This document shows, piece by piece, positions 17,753 to 28,029 of a stretch of DNA of 64,000 bases. The notes below the pieces were generated by a model, which saw only the letters and a list, made by a program, of their open reading frames with translations, was not told the origin of the DNA and did no database searches. The stretch comes from Chloroflexota bacterium (GTDB taxonomy: Bacteria > Chloroflexota > Limnocylindria > Limnocylindrales > CSP1-4): NCBI GenBank assembly GCA_031407755.1, contig JANOIS010000164.1, forward strand, positions 6,138 to 70,137, in the 5' to 3' direction. How positions within the stretch are numbered: position 1 is the first letter of the stretch; every line of letters begins with the position of its first letter. A program made the position numbers and the translations under genes.

Positions 17753-18496
17753 TCAGCTCCCGAGGATGACGTCGGCCGGGCCGTCGGGGACGACCGCGCC
17801 ATCGATCCTGACCAGGCTCTCCCGTACCGTCAGCGTTGCGGCCGTGCCATCGATCGCGCACGCGTAGCTCCCGTTCCCGGGAAGCGCCAGCGGCAGATCG
17901 AACACCAACGAACGATCGCGGAGTTCGCCACGCAGCGTGACCGGCCGACCAAGCAACTTGGCGGCGCCCTGAAGATTCCCGGCCGCGATCAACGACCGGA
18001 TCTCTGAACTGCGCACCGGTCGATCGTCGATCGAGAACGGCGGGACGACCACGACATCGAACCCGCGCTCCCGACCGAGGACAGCGAGCGCCTCCGGGGT
18101 CCCCTCGCGCTGGAAGCCGAAGGCCGCATCCGGCGTCATCAGCAGCCCGGCCAATGACGTGCCGGCCAGGATCCTCGCCACGAATGCGTCATACGGGGTG
18201 TGTCTGACCGCCTCGTCAAAATGCTGGACGACGGTGACCTCCACACCCGCGGCCTCGAGCCGAGCCAGGCGCTCATCGGGGTGGATGAGCAACGGCGGCG
18301 CTGAACCGGTCAGGACCTCGTCGGGATGGGCATCGAAGGTGATCACGCACGGCCGCGCCGACCGGTCAGCCGCTTCACGAACGAGGTGCTCCAACAGGTA
18401 GGCATGACCCAGATGCAGGCCATCGAACACGCCAACGACGGCGAAGACCGGTCCGTGCTCAGGTCGAAGTCCCTCGACCCCGGCCACGACCTCCAT
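17753..18496 (-). CDS. ribF: FAD synthetase (FMN adenylyltransferase) RibF with a truncated or degenerate riboflavin kinase region
   Basis: The product has VVGVFDGLHLGHAYLL (HxGH) and SSEIRSLIAAGNLQGAAKLLGRP. It is 247 aa versus about 310 aa typical. ATG 18496 overlaps the truB TGA (ATGA). The track ORF is over-extended to 18979. Confidence 0.85.
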   Translation of the reverse strand: MEVVAGVEGLRPEHGPVFAVVGVFDGLHLGHAYLLEHLVREAADRSARPCVITFDAHPDEVLTGSAPPLLIHPDERLARLEAAGVEVTVVQHFDEAVRHTPYDAFVARILAGTSLAGLLMTPDAAFGFQREGTPEALAVLGRERGFDVVVVPPFSIDDRPVRSSEIRSLIAAGNLQGAAKLLGRPVTLRGELRDRSLVFDLPLALPGNGSYACAIDGTAATLTVRESLVRIDGAVVPDGPADVILGS

Positions 18497-19461
18497 CAGT
18501 CGGCCTCGACGGTGGCTGCCGGCCCGACCGGGGCGATCAAGACCTTGTCCGGCGCCAGCCGACCCCCGCCGGGCGCCTCGATGGCCAGGGCCGCGAGCGT
18601 CCCGTCGGGTGTTCGGAGTCGATAGCGTTCGGCGCCAGGTGGGAAGCCACTCGCGGGCTGGATGAACTGGCCGCGCGCCACGGCTTCCGTCTCGGCGCCG
18701 GTCAGGACGACGTCCGGAAATCGATCGAGCCCGAAATCGATCGGGCGCAGAAGGCCCGTCAGCCGCTCCGAGCCGTCGGCTGCGGCCGCACGGACGGCGT
18801 CCAGCGGCAGGGCGTCGGACTCCGTGAACGGACCGGCCGCGGTTCGGCGGAGCGCCCCGAGGTAGGCCGCATTCCCCAGCCGCTCGCCGAGGTCGCGGGC
18901 AAGCGCGCGCATGTATGTCCCGGCGGAACACCTGACATCCAGGATCGCCACCGGCCGCTCGGGGTCGCTGTCGTCCCATGACACGAGCGACAGGGCGTGG
19001 ATGGTGACCTCCCGCTCCGCGAGCACGACCGACTCACCGGCTCTGGCCATCGCGTACGCGCGCCGGCCGCCGACCTTGATCGCGGAATACGCGGGCGGAC
19101 GCTGGCGGATGGGGCCGAGGAAACCGGCCAGGGCCAGCTCGATCGCGGCCCTGACGGGCGCCGGGCCATCGACCGGCGTCATCTCGCCTTCGATGTCGTC
19201 CGTCGCGGACGAAGCACCGAAGCAGACGGTGGCGCGATACGCCTTGTTGTCGGCGAGATGGAACTCGACGACACGGGTTCCACGCCCCAGGAACACCGGC
19301 AGCACCCCGGTCGCGAACGGGTCCAGCGTGCCACCGTGGCCCACCCGTCGCGTCGCCGCGAGGCGCCGGACGAGGGCGACGATGTCGTGCGACGTCGGGC
19401 CGATGGGCTTGTCCAGGACGAGGATCCCATCCAGCCCCGGTCCGAGCGAGCTGTGCGCCAC
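18496..19461 (-). CDS. truB: tRNA pseudouridine(55) synthase
   Basis: The product has GILVLDKPIGPTSHDIV and HGGTLDPFATGVLPVFLG (catalytic Asp motif). Confidence 0.95.
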   Translation of the reverse strand: MAHSSLGPGLDGILVLDKPIGPTSHDIVALVRRLAATRRVGHGGTLDPFATGVLPVFLGRGTRVVEFHLADNKAYRATVCFGASSATDDIEGEMTPVDGPAPVRAAIELALAGFLGPIRQRPPAYSAIKVGGRRAYAMARAGESVVLAEREVTIHALSLVSWDDSDPERPVAILDVRCSAGTYMRALARDLGERLGNAAYLGALRRTAAGPFTESDALPLDAVRAAAADGSERLTGLLRPIDFGLDRFPDVVLTGAETEAVARGQFIQPASGFPPGAERYRLRTPDGTLAALAIEAPGGGRLAPDKVLIAPVGPAATVEAD

Positions 19462-19464
19462 GAC

Positions 19465-20511
19465 CTAGCGGATGACCTCGTCGGCGAGGCGGGTGGCCTC
19501 CGCGAGGACCGCCGGCCGTGCCTGGTCCACGGGGAGGGTCACGGTCGCGCCGGCTGCCCGGGCGTGGCCACCACCGCCAAATCGGCCGGTCAGCACGGTC
19601 GCGTCCACGCCACCTGGCTTCGTGCGGACGCTGATCCGCGTCGCCTGGCCGGCCTCCTTGAACAGGATCGCAACCTCGGCCTCGTCCGCCTGGGCGAGCA
19701 GATCGATGATCCCCTCCCCGTGCGGCGGGATCGAATCGGTCGCGGCCAGGTCGGCATCGAGCAACGTGGACCACACGACGCGACCCCCGTCGCCGGTCTC
19801 GAGTCGATCGAGCACCCGGCCGAACAGGCGAAGCTGGGGCGCGGGCTTGGTCCGGTACAGCCGGCGTGAGATATCGGACAGCGGCGCTCCGGCCGCGACC
19901 AGGGCCGAGGACACGGCCAGCGTGCGGGGCGTGGCATTGGGGTGGGCGAAGGTCGCCGTGTCCATGACGATCCCGGCCATCAGGGTCGCGGCGAGGGCAC
20001 CGTCCCCGGCCGTCAGGGGCACGTCCAGGCGCAGGGCCAGCAGGGCGACCATCTCGCAGGTTGCGGCACTGGCGGGCTCGATCCAGTCGGCATCGCCGGA
20101 GGCGGCGTTGGACGCGTGGTGATCGATGACGACCCGGGGCAGTCGCTCGAACAGGTCGGCGTGCCGAGCGGCGACCTCCCCGATCCGGTCCAGCGACCCG
20201 CAGTCGGACACGACGAGCAGGTCGTACTCGGCGTCGGGATCGGGATCCGTCCGGAACCGCTCCACATCGGCGATGAAGTCATACAGCGGCGGGACCGGGT
20301 CCGTGCACACCGGATCCGCCCGGCCACCCAGGGCTTCCACGATGCGGACAACCCCGAGCGTCGCTCCGAGCGTGTCCGCGTCCGGGTTTTCGTGGCCGAC
20401 CGCGAGGACTCGCCGCGCCCCACGCAGGCGCTCCACGACCACATCCGGCACGGCGTCGAGGTACGGCCGCAGGTCAGAACCCAGGTCCGTGCCGGCACCG
20501 GCGGTCGTCAT
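19465..20511 (-). CDS. nrnA: DHH/DHHA1 phosphoesterase, NrnA-like (nanoRNase / pAp phosphatase)
   Basis: The product has VGHENPDADTLGA, VIDHHASN and GGGHARAAG motifs. ATG 20511 overlaps the rbfA TGA. Confidence 0.85.
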   Translation of the reverse strand: MTTAGAGTDLGSDLRPYLDAVPDVVVERLRGARRVLAVGHENPDADTLGATLGVVRIVEALGGRADPVCTDPVPPLYDFIADVERFRTDPDPDAEYDLLVVSDCGSLDRIGEVAARHADLFERLPRVVIDHHASNAASGDADWIEPASAATCEMVALLALRLDVPLTAGDGALAATLMAGIVMDTATFAHPNATPRTLAVSSALVAAGAPLSDISRRLYRTKPAPQLRLFGRVLDRLETGDGGRVVWSTLLDADLAATDSIPPHGEGIIDLLAQADEAEVAILFKEAGQATRISVRTKPGGVDATVLTGRFGGGGHARAAGATVTLPVDQARPAVLAEATRLADEVIR

Positions 20512-21041
20512 CGGCGCGGCCCGGGGCGTCTGGCACTCCCCTGCCCCGGCCTGGAACCCGGACCCGTCCAACGGCGCCGGGTGCGCGGCTTTGGCGGAAT
20601 CACGGCTGATGGCGGCTCGTCCGGTGTGTCGCCTTCGTGATGGACCCGAGGGACCGGCGTCGGAAGCGTCTCGCCGACGGGCAGATCCCCGGTGGGTTCG
20701 GCCCCGGCGTTCAGCTCGTCGAGCAACTGCAGGACGCGCGTGCCACGCTCGGCGGTATCGTCGAGCAGCAGGTGGAGATCCGGGATGCGCCGCATGCGCA
20801 ACGTCTTCCCAAGCTCATGGCGGACGAACGGCATCGCACGACCAAGGGCCGAAATGGTCGCCTGTCGCTCCGCGGGTTGCCCGATGACGCTGACCCACAC
20901 CTTGGCGTGGCTCAGATCCCGCGTCGTCTCGACCTTTGTGATCGTCGCGAACCCCACGCGCGGATCCGCCACGTCGCGCGCCACGATCGCCCCGATCTCC
21001 TGGCGCAGCAATTCGTCCACCCGATCCGTTCGCTGACTCAC
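20508..21041 (-). CDS. rbfA: Ribosome-binding factor A with a C-terminal extension
   Basis: The product has RVDELLRQEIGAIVARDVADPRVGFATITKVETTRDLSHAKVWVSV and MRRIPDLHLLLD. Confidence 0.9.
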   Translation of the reverse strand: MSQRTDRVDELLRQEIGAIVARDVADPRVGFATITKVETTRDLSHAKVWVSVIGQPAERQATISALGRAMPFVRHELGKTLRMRRIPDLHLLLDDTAERGTRVLQLLDELNAGAEPTGDLPVGETLPTPVPRVHHEGDTPDEPPSAVIPPKPRTRRRWTGPGSRPGQGSARRPGPRR

Positions 21042-21114
21042 GAGGCGGCTGCTGGGCGGAGCTGCGACGGGCGCGACCTTGCCGTGACGCGGCGCTGCTG
21101 ACGAGACCTCATGC

Positions 21115-23022
21115 TCAGGCGGAAACCGCCCTCGAAATGGTCTGCGAAGTGAAGCACTCGATCACGTCGCCTTCCTGGAGGTCATGGAAGTTGGCCAGAC
21201 CGATGCCGCACTCGTAGGTCGTCTGGACCTCGCGGACGTCGTCACGGAAGCGCCGCAGCGATTCGATCCGGTCCGTCGCGATGACCTTGCCGCCGCGGTA
21301 GACCCGGGCGCCGCCGCGGACGATCCGGCCGTCGGTGACGTACGAACCGGCGATCTGGGTGTTCTTGCCGACCTTGATGACCTGGCGAACCTCCGCCCGA
21401 CCCTCCACGATCTCGACGATCTCGGGTTCGAGCAGGCCCTTGAGGGCCGCATCGATGTCATCGGTCAGCTTGTAGATGATGTCGTACAGCCGAACATCGA
21501 CACCCTCGGCTTCGGCGGCTCGCCGGGCCGTATCGGTGATCTTCGTGCTGAAGCCGACCACGATCGCATCCGATGCGGTCGCGAGCATGATGTCGTTGTC
21601 GGTGATGTCGCCGGCGGCCTCATGCAGGACGTTGAGCCGGACCTCACCCTGATCGAGCTGCTCCAGGGCATGCGTGATGGCGCCCAGCGAGCCGGACACA
21701 TCCGACTTCAGGATGATCCGCAGTTCCTTGGCCTGGCCGGCCTGGATCTGGCGGTAGAGGTCCTCGAGGGTCGCGCGGCCGGAGCCATCGCCACCCTTGG
21801 CGGCCGCCTCGGTCTTGCGCAGATCGACCATGGCGCGGGCGGCCTTGTCGTCCGCGACCACGCGCATGATGTCACCCGCGGCCGGGACCTCGGACAGACC
21901 GAGCACCACGACGGCAGTGGCCGGTGCGGCCAGCTTGACTCGCTTGCCCCGGTCGTTCTCCAGCGACCTGACGCGACCGAACGTCTCTCCGACGACGATG
22001 ATATCGCCGACCTTGAGGGTGCCGGTCTGGACCAGGGCGGTCGCGATGGCACCACGGTTCTTGTCCATCTGTGCTTCGACGATGGTGCCGATAGCGGGCC
22101 GATCCGGGTTCGCCTGGAGTTCCTGGAGATCAGCCACGAGCAGGACCATCTCGATCAGGTCGTCAAGCCCGACCCGGCTCTTGGCCGAGACCGCCACGAG
22201 CGGCACGTCACCGCCGTATTCCTCGATGACGATGCCCGCCTCGGTCAGCTCGGTCTTGACCCGGGTCTGATCCGCGTCCGGCTTGTCGATCTTGTTGAGC
22301 GCGATGATGATCGGGACTCGGGCCGCCCGAGCGTGGCTGATCGCCTCGAGGGTCTGGGGCATCACGCCGTCATCCGCGGCCACCACGATGATCGCGATGT
22401 CCGTGACCCGTGCCCCCCGGGCGCGCATCGCGGTGAACGCCTCGTGGCCCGGAGTGTCCAGGAATACGACGCGCTTGCCGTCATGATCGATCTCCGAAGC
22501 GCCGATGTGCTGGGTGATGCCACCACGTTCTCCGGCCGCGACCTCGGTCGAGCGGAGGGCGTCGAGCAGGCTTGTCTTGCCGTGGTCGACGTGGCCCATG
22601 ACGGTCACGATCGGTGCTCGTGGCTGGAGCGCGTCGGGGTCGTCCTCGTCGAACAGCGATTCCCTGGCGGCCGGGGTCGCGTCCGCATCCGTTTCGTGAT
22701 CGGGGCCGGTGCCGTTCGTCGATGTGGCGACGGTCTCGGCGACTTCGTAGCCGAGCTCGCCTGCCACAAGCGAGGCCGTGTCGCGGTCGATGAGCTGGTT
22801 GATCGTCGCGAAGATGCCGCTCTTGATCAGCTCTCGGATGATATCCGCGACATTGACCGTGAGCAGTTCAGCCAGGTCCTTGACGGTGATCGTGCTGGGC
22901 AGTTCGAGCGCGCCACGTGCGCTCGGATCGATCGTCTGGACCTGTGATCCGAATGCGCCATCTCGACGCGGCGGCTTGCGCGGGCCGCGCCGGCCGCGGG
23001 TGCCGCTCCTACTCCTGGCCAT
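21115..23022 (-). CDS. infB: Translation initiation factor IF-2
   Basis: The product has [20 protein letters not shown] and NKID GTPase motifs plus C-terminal IF-2 domains. It is 635 aa. Confidence 0.95.
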   Translation of the reverse strand: MARSRSGTRGRRGPRKPPRRDGAFGSQVQTIDPSARGALELPSTITVKDLAELLTVNVADIIRELIKSGIFATINQLIDRDTASLVAGELGYEVAETVATSTNGTGPDHETDADATPAARESLFDEDDPDALQPRAPIVTVMGHVDHGKTSLLDALRSTEVAAGERGGITQHIGASEIDHDGKRVVFLDTPGHEAFTAMRARGARVTDIAIIVVAADDGVMPQTLEAISHARAARVPIIIALNKIDKPDADQTRVKTELTEAGIVIEEYGGDVPLVAVSAKSRVGLDDLIEMVLLVADLQELQANPDRPAIGTIVEAQMDKNRGAIATALVQTGTLKVGDIIVVGETFGRVRSLENDRGKRVKLAAPATAVVVLGLSEVPAAGDIMRVVADDKAARAMVDLRKTEAAAKGGDGSGRATLEDLYRQIQAGQAKELRIILKSDVSGSLGAITHALEQLDQGEVRLNVLHEAAGDITDNDIMLATASDAIVVGFSTKITDTARRAAEAEGVDVRLYDIIYKLTDDIDAALKGLLEPEIVEIVEGRAEVRQVIKVGKNTQIAGSYVTDGRIVRGGARVYRGGKVIATDRIESLRRFRDDVREVQTTYECGIGLANFHDLQEGDVIECFTSQTISRAVSA

Positions 23023-23320
23023 GGGCTCCTCCTTGGGTGATGTTCGTGGTGATGGCTCCCGATGCGACGTCCGCGAGGAACGCGGCGGGGAGCGGTGTTT
23101 CCAGCGCCCGTGACAGGGCGCCCTTCTTGATGGCGAGGCTCAGGCAGTCAATCCCGACGCAAACATAGGCGCCGCGCCCGGACAGACGACCGGATGGATC
23201 GACCACGATACGGCGATCCGGCGTGCGCACGATCCGCGCAAGCTCGAGCTTTGGGCGCGCGGTCCGGCAGGCCACACACGTGCGGGTCGGGACCCGGCGC
23301 GGCGTGGCCATCGACGACAC
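23009..23320 (-). CDS. ylxR: YlxR/DUF448 family RNA-binding protein
   Basis: The product has RTCVACRTARPKLELARIV...GRGAYVC and sits between nusA and infB. Confidence 0.85.
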   Translation of the reverse strand: MSSMATPRRVPTRTCVACRTARPKLELARIVRTPDRRIVVDPSGRLSGRGAYVCVGIDCLSLAIKKGALSRALETPLPAAFLADVASGAITTNITQGGAHGQE

Positions 23321-23340
23321 CGCCGGACGGGCGGCCGCGC

Positions 23341-24753
23341 CTATGACGCCACCTCCTCGGTGGCAGCTTCAGGTTCGGCCGCGGTCTTCTTCGTCGTGGC
23401 GCGTTTCGCCTTGGCGGCCGGGGCCGGGGTCGTGGCGGATGGCTCGGACGCGTCCACTGTCGGGGCTGTGGCCGCCTTCTTCGTGACCCGTTTGGGCTTG
23501 GCAGCCGTGGCCGGGGCCTCGGAGGTGTCCACTGTCGGGGCTGTGGCCGCCTTCTTCGTGACCCGTTTGGGCTTGGCCGGCACAGCGGTCTCGGCCGGTG
23601 GCGACTCGCTCGGCGGCTCCGAATCGGCCGCATCAAGGGCGATCGCCAGGGGCGTGTCTCCGATCTTGACCGGCGGCACCTCGACGGGCGGGGCGTCCGC
23701 GGCGGCCTTCGCCTCGGCGACCGACACATCGCTGCGGATATCGATCCGCCAGCCGGTCAGCCGCGCCGCGAGCCGGGCGTTCTGGCCCTCACGACCGATG
23801 GCCAGCGACAGCATCCGCTCGGGCACCGTGACGGACGCGATGCGATGCTCCTCGTCGATATCGACGGACAGGACCTGGGCTGGGCTCAGCGCATTGGCGA
23901 CAAAGGCGCCGGCATCGTCGCTCCACGGGATGACATCGATCTTCTCACCGGCAAGCTCGGCGACCACGGCCTGCACGCGCGCCCCGCGCTGCCCGACGGT
24001 GGCCCCCACGGGATCCAGCCCCTCCTGGCGGGACGCAACGGCGACCTTGGAGCGGCTGCCCGCCTCGCGCGCGACCGCCTTGATCTCGACGGTGCCGCTG
24101 TGGATCTCCGGGACCTCGAGCTCGAAGAGCCGACGCAGGAAGCCCTTGTGGGTTCGACTGACGAAGATCTGAGGACCACGCACGGACCGTCGGACCTCCA
24201 GCACAAACGCCTTGACGTTCTGCCCGATGCGGTAGTGCTCGAGCGCGCTCTGCTCGGTGGTCGCGAGAATCGCCTCCACATTCTTGCCGACATCGAGGAT
24301 GAGCGCCCGTGGCTCGACGCGGTTGACCGTGCCCGTGATGAGTTCGCCTTCCCGGCTCGCGAACTGATCGAAGACCTGGTCGCGCTCGACCTCGCGAATG
24401 CGCTGGAGCACGATCTGCTTGGCCGTCTGGGCACCGATCCGACCGAACACGTCGCCATCGAGCTGCTCGGTCTCGACGACGTCGCCCGGTTTGGCGTTCA
24501 CCTCATGCGCACGCGCATCCTCGACGGTGATCTGGGTGAGTTCGTCCTCGATCACCTCGACCACGAGTCGCGACCGGAAGACACGGATCTGGCCACTCTC
24601 GGCATCGATCCGGACCTGGATGTCCTCATCGCCGGCGACGCGTCGATAGGCCGACTGGATACCGTCCTCGACGGCCCCGATCAGCTGCTCTCGCGAAACC
24701 TGCTTCTCCGCGTTGAGCTGGAGGAGGGCGCCCACGAAGTCTCGACTCACCAT
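23341..24753 (-). CDS. nusA: Transcription termination/antitermination factor NusA with a repetitive basic C-terminal tail
   Basis: The product has the NusA N-terminal, S1 and KH1/KH2 domains (GPQIFVSRTH, IKAVAREAGSRSKVAV, LAIGREGQNARLAARLTGWRIDI). ATG 24753 is preceded by AGAGGAGG. The track ORF is 22 codons longer. Confidence 0.93.
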   Translation of the reverse strand: MVSRDFVGALLQLNAEKQVSREQLIGAVEDGIQSAYRRVAGDEDIQVRIDAESGQIRVFRSRLVVEVIEDELTQITVEDARAHEVNAKPGDVVETEQLDGDVFGRIGAQTAKQIVLQRIREVERDQVFDQFASREGELITGTVNRVEPRALILDVGKNVEAILATTEQSALEHYRIGQNVKAFVLEVRRSVRGPQIFVSRTHKGFLRRLFELEVPEIHSGTVEIKAVAREAGSRSKVAVASRQEGLDPVGATVGQRGARVQAVVAELAGEKIDVIPWSDDAGAFVANALSPAQVLSVDIDEEHRIASVTVPERMLSLAIGREGQNARLAARLTGWRIDIRSDVSVAEAKAAADAPPVEVPPVKIGDTPLAIALDAADSEPPSESPPAETAVPAKPKRVTKKAATAPTVDTSEAPATAAKPKRVTKKAATAPTVDASEPSATTPAPAAKAKRATTKKTAAEPEAATEEVAS

Positions 24754-24793
24754 CGCCTCCTCTTTGCGCATGCTGCCGTGGAACGACCGGTCC

Positions 24794-24822
24794 AAAAAAA
24801 AGACGCGGGGGTCACCCACGTC
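24794..24822 (-). terminator. Intrinsic terminator downstream of the DUF3048 gene
   Basis: The minus strand reads GACGUGGG-UGAC-CCCCGCGUC followed by eight U residues (the A-run at 24794-24801 on the plus strand). Confidence 0.75.
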
Positions 24823-24895
24823 GCGGAGCGGCCGTTCAGTTAGCCGCGAGTATACACCCGGACCGGTGGACGGCTCGGCGGGCGCGTCGCCGAGC

Positions 24896-26125
24896 TCAGT
24901 CGGCGACGGCGACCTTGAAGCTTGCGGCGGACGCCTTGGGGATGACCTGGATGAACAGCTGGCCCCGTGGGAGGACGATCTCCTTGCCGGCTGCGTCCAG
25001 GAAGCGGGTCCGGTCCGACGGTGATCTCTTGTTCCAGGTGCCTTTGGTGACCCGCCCGTCGGCGAAGACCCAGGCGGTGTTCTTGCCGATCGAATCCGCC
25101 TCGAGCCGCCCCAGCGCCGCGCCCTCGATCGCCTTGGATCGCCGGATCGGCACGACCATGACGATCACCGACGTCGGCGCGATCCGCGGCCCGCTGCCGA
25201 TGACCCCATAGCCGCGATCCCCCTTGGCGAGGGCGTCGTGCTGCGCTCGGCCATCCACCGTGCGCAGCCACGTATTCGACGGGCGATCGTATCGATAGCT
25301 CACGCGCTCGCTCGTGTACGTCACCCGGATCGAGCCGCCGTCCGGCCCTCGATCAGCCTCCGCCGCTCCGTCTGCGAAGGGCTGGAGACGACCGGGCTCC
25401 GTCGGATCGTAGGCGAGCCGCTCGCTCGTGGCCCGCTTGGACTTTTCGGCGTACCCACGGATGCGCTTGCCGTCCGTGTACAGATTGTGCGGGGCGCGTC
25501 GAAAGCTGACACGGCGGGTGGCCCGCCCGTTGACGTCCAGCACGAGATCCTGACGGCCGGCGAGGAAGTCGCGCAACGGTGGTGGACCGCCGGCGTGCAG
25601 ATAAACGGCCTTCCACTCGGCCGCCCAGCGCGCGAAATACAGGCGTGCGCTGCGCACCGGACCGATTCGCGGCGGCGTGCCCGACTGGAAGATGGCCATG
25701 TATCGCGGGATGCCACCCTCAGCCGGGGCCTGCCAGACGATGCTTGCGACCGACAGCCCGGATTGCGGACGGGCCGCGGGCGAGTCGTCGATCATGACCG
25801 CGATCGGGTAGCGGTGAGCGAGCGCGGCGGTCGTCACGACGCCGGACAGATCCTCGTAGATCAGCGGCGTCGGACTCGGCGACGGCGCCACACTCGCGGG
25901 CGGGCTCGGCGATGCGCTCGCCGGCGGCGGCGTCGCGCTCGGTGCTGGGGAATCGGCGACGGCGACCGCGGTCGGCTGGGGAGCCGGGGTGGACGCGGGC
26001 CTGAGGCCTGACGCGAGAAGGATGCCGCCGCCACCCAGGATCACCACCAGGATCACGATGGCGCCGGACAGCATTCGGCGATCGGCGCGCAGTCGTTGGA
26101 TCATGCCGCTAGTCTCCGACCCCAC
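24896..26125 (-). CDS. DUF3048 domain protein (YerB-like, membrane-anchored)
   Basis: The product has an N-terminal TM helix, a Pro/Ala-rich linker, then DDSPAARPQSGLSVASIVWQAPAEGGIPRYMAIF...GPVRSARLYF, resembling DUF3048. Confidence 0.75.
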   Translation of the reverse strand: MGSETSGMIQRLRADRRMLSGAIVILVVILGGGGILLASGLRPASTPAPQPTAVAVADSPAPSATPPPASASPSPPASVAPSPSPTPLIYEDLSGVVTTAALAHRYPIAVMIDDSPAARPQSGLSVASIVWQAPAEGGIPRYMAIFQSGTPPRIGPVRSARLYFARWAAEWKAVYLHAGGPPPLRDFLAGRQDLVLDVNGRATRRVSFRRAPHNLYTDGKRIRGYAEKSKRATSERLAYDPTEPGRLQPFADGAAEADRGPDGGSIRVTYTSERVSYRYDRPSNTWLRTVDGRAQHDALAKGDRGYGVIGSGPRIAPTSVIVMVVPIRRSKAIEGAALGRLEADSIGKNTAWVFADGRVTKGTWNKRSPSDRTRFLDAAGKEIVLPRGQLFIQVIPKASAASFKVAVAD

Positions 26126-26778
26126 TCTGCCCTACACAACCCGTCGGAAGTACCTATCGGAGCGGCCGACGCTCCCGGATCTTCGTCAGCGACGACCTCC
26201 CGTCGTCATCGGCGACAAGGCCGGCACATCCGAGTCTGTGACGACCACGACCCCTGGTCGTCGATGACCGATCGCGGCCGACCGAAGCGGGGACTGCGGC
26301 AGACGGCCACGACCGATGCGTCCATCCTCGGGCTGGCCGACGAGACTCCGACCGGAGCGCCCGCGCCGACCGATCCCGCCAGATGACACCAGCCAGCATC
26401 ACTGGGCGCGCTATGGGCCCGTCGGGCGTCCTCGCAGCGGCCACGCATCCGCCTGATCGTGCGTGCGCGTGTCGTCGTGCCGGGTGCGCGCCGGCTCCAG
26501 GAGCGCGGACAGCCCGCCTAACGTTCTGTGGGACGACATCTGGCGGACTGGCCAAGGCTGGACCCGGGCGGGCGGCGGGCGGCGGCCAACTCGGCGGGCG
26601 GCGGGCCCGGGACGGCGGCCAACGGCCGATCCAGGCGTCGGCGGCGCCGCGCTTGAGCGTGCGGTGCTCGGCCAGCGATCGTCGAACGGTCCCGATCTGC
26701 GCCTACCACGACCCACGGTCGTGGCTGACCGGATCGCGGCAGACCGGGACGTCGGCAACAACGTCCTGAGGAATCACC

Positions 26779-28029
26779 TTAGGTCTGGATGGGGGCGGGC
26801 TCCGGGTAGCGGCGTGCGACATAGTCCTCGAGGATGTCGATGAACTCGGCGACGAGGCCGTCACCTCGGAGCGTGCGGTCCAGCTTGCCATCGATGAACA
26901 CCGGGGCGACCGGTTCCTCGAACGTGCCGGGCAGGCTTATCCCGATGTCCGCGTGCTTCGATTCGCCCGGGCCGTTGACCACGCAGCCCATGACCGCGAC
27001 GCGAAGTTCCTCGGCGCCTGGATGGGTTTCCTTCCATTCCGGCATGCGGTCCTTGAGGTAGCCCTGGATCTGCTGAGCCATCTCCTGGAAGAACGTGCTG
27101 GTGGTCCGACCGCAGCCAGGACACGCTGACACCTGCGGCAGGAACGCGCGAAGACCCATCGATTGCAGGACCTGTTGGGCGATCTCGACCTCGCGTTCGC
27201 GCGGTGCGCCGGGCTCCGGGGTCAGTGACACCCGGATGGTGTCCCCGATCCCCTCGTTGAGCAGGATGGCGAGGCCCGCGGTGGAGGCGATGATCCCCTT
27301 GTCGCCCATGCCGGCCTCGGTCAGGCCCAGGTGGAGCGGGTAGTCGCAGCGGGCCGCCAGCAGCCGGTAGACATCGACGAGGTCCCGGACCCCGGAGACC
27401 TTGGCGCTGATGATGATCTGGTCGTGACGCAGACCGGTCTGTTCCGCGAGCTCGGCGGAACGCAGGGCGGATTGAAGCATCGCCTCGATCATCACGTCGC
27501 GCGCATCGGCGGGGACGGGAAGCTTCGCGTTGGCGTCCATCAGCTCGGTCAGGATCGCCTGGTCAAGAGAGCCCCAATTGACCCCGATCCGGACCGGCTT
27601 GTCGTTGTCCACGGCCACGCGAACGATGGTCGCGAAGTGCTCGTCGTGCCGTTTCGCCCCGACGTTTCCGGGGTTGATCCGGTACTTCGCGAGAAGCGCG
27701 GCCGTCTCGGGGAAGTCGACGAGCAGCTGATGGCCGTTGTAGTGGAAGTCGCCGATGACCGGCACGTCCACACCGAGGTTGTCGCGCAGCTTGCGCATCA
27801 TCTCGGGCACGGCCGCCGCCGCTTCCGGGGTATTGACCGTGACCCGGACCAGCTGCGAGCCGGTATGGGCCAGGCGGGCGACCTGGATGGCGGTGCCGTC
27901 TGCGTCGGCGGTGTCCGTGTTGGTCATCGATTGCACCACGACCGGGTGCGCGCTCCCGACGAGTACGCCGCCGACGTCGACGCTGACGGTCGGCCGACGA
28001 CGCGGCCTGAGCAGATCCGGCGAGGTCAT
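26779..28029 (-). CDS. ispG: 4-hydroxy-3-methylbut-2-en-1-yl diphosphate synthase
   Basis: The product has [28 protein letters not shown] and CPGCGRT...[12 protein letters not shown] 28029 overlaps the rseP TGA. The track ORF 26779..29316 is an artefactual extension. Confidence 0.95.
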   Translation of the reverse strand: MTSPDLLRPRRRPTVSVDVGGVLVGSAHPVVVQSMTNTDTADADGTAIQVARLAHTGSQLVRVTVNTPEAAAAVPEMMRKLRDNLGVDVPVIGDFHYNGHQLLVDFPETAALLAKYRINPGNVGAKRHDEHFATIVRVAVDNDKPVRIGVNWGSLDQAILTELMDANAKLPVPADARDVMIEAMLQSALRSAELAEQTGLRHDQIIISAKVSGVRDLVDVYRLLAARCDYPLHLGLTEAGMGDKGIIASTAGLAILLNEGIGDTIRVSLTPEPGAPREREVEIAQQVLQSMGLRAFLPQVSACPGCGRTTSTFFQEMAQQIQGYLKDRMPEWKETHPGAEELRVAVMGCVVNGPGESKHADIGISLPGTFEEPVAPVFIDGKLDRTLRGDGLVAEFIDILEDYVARRYPEPAPIQT

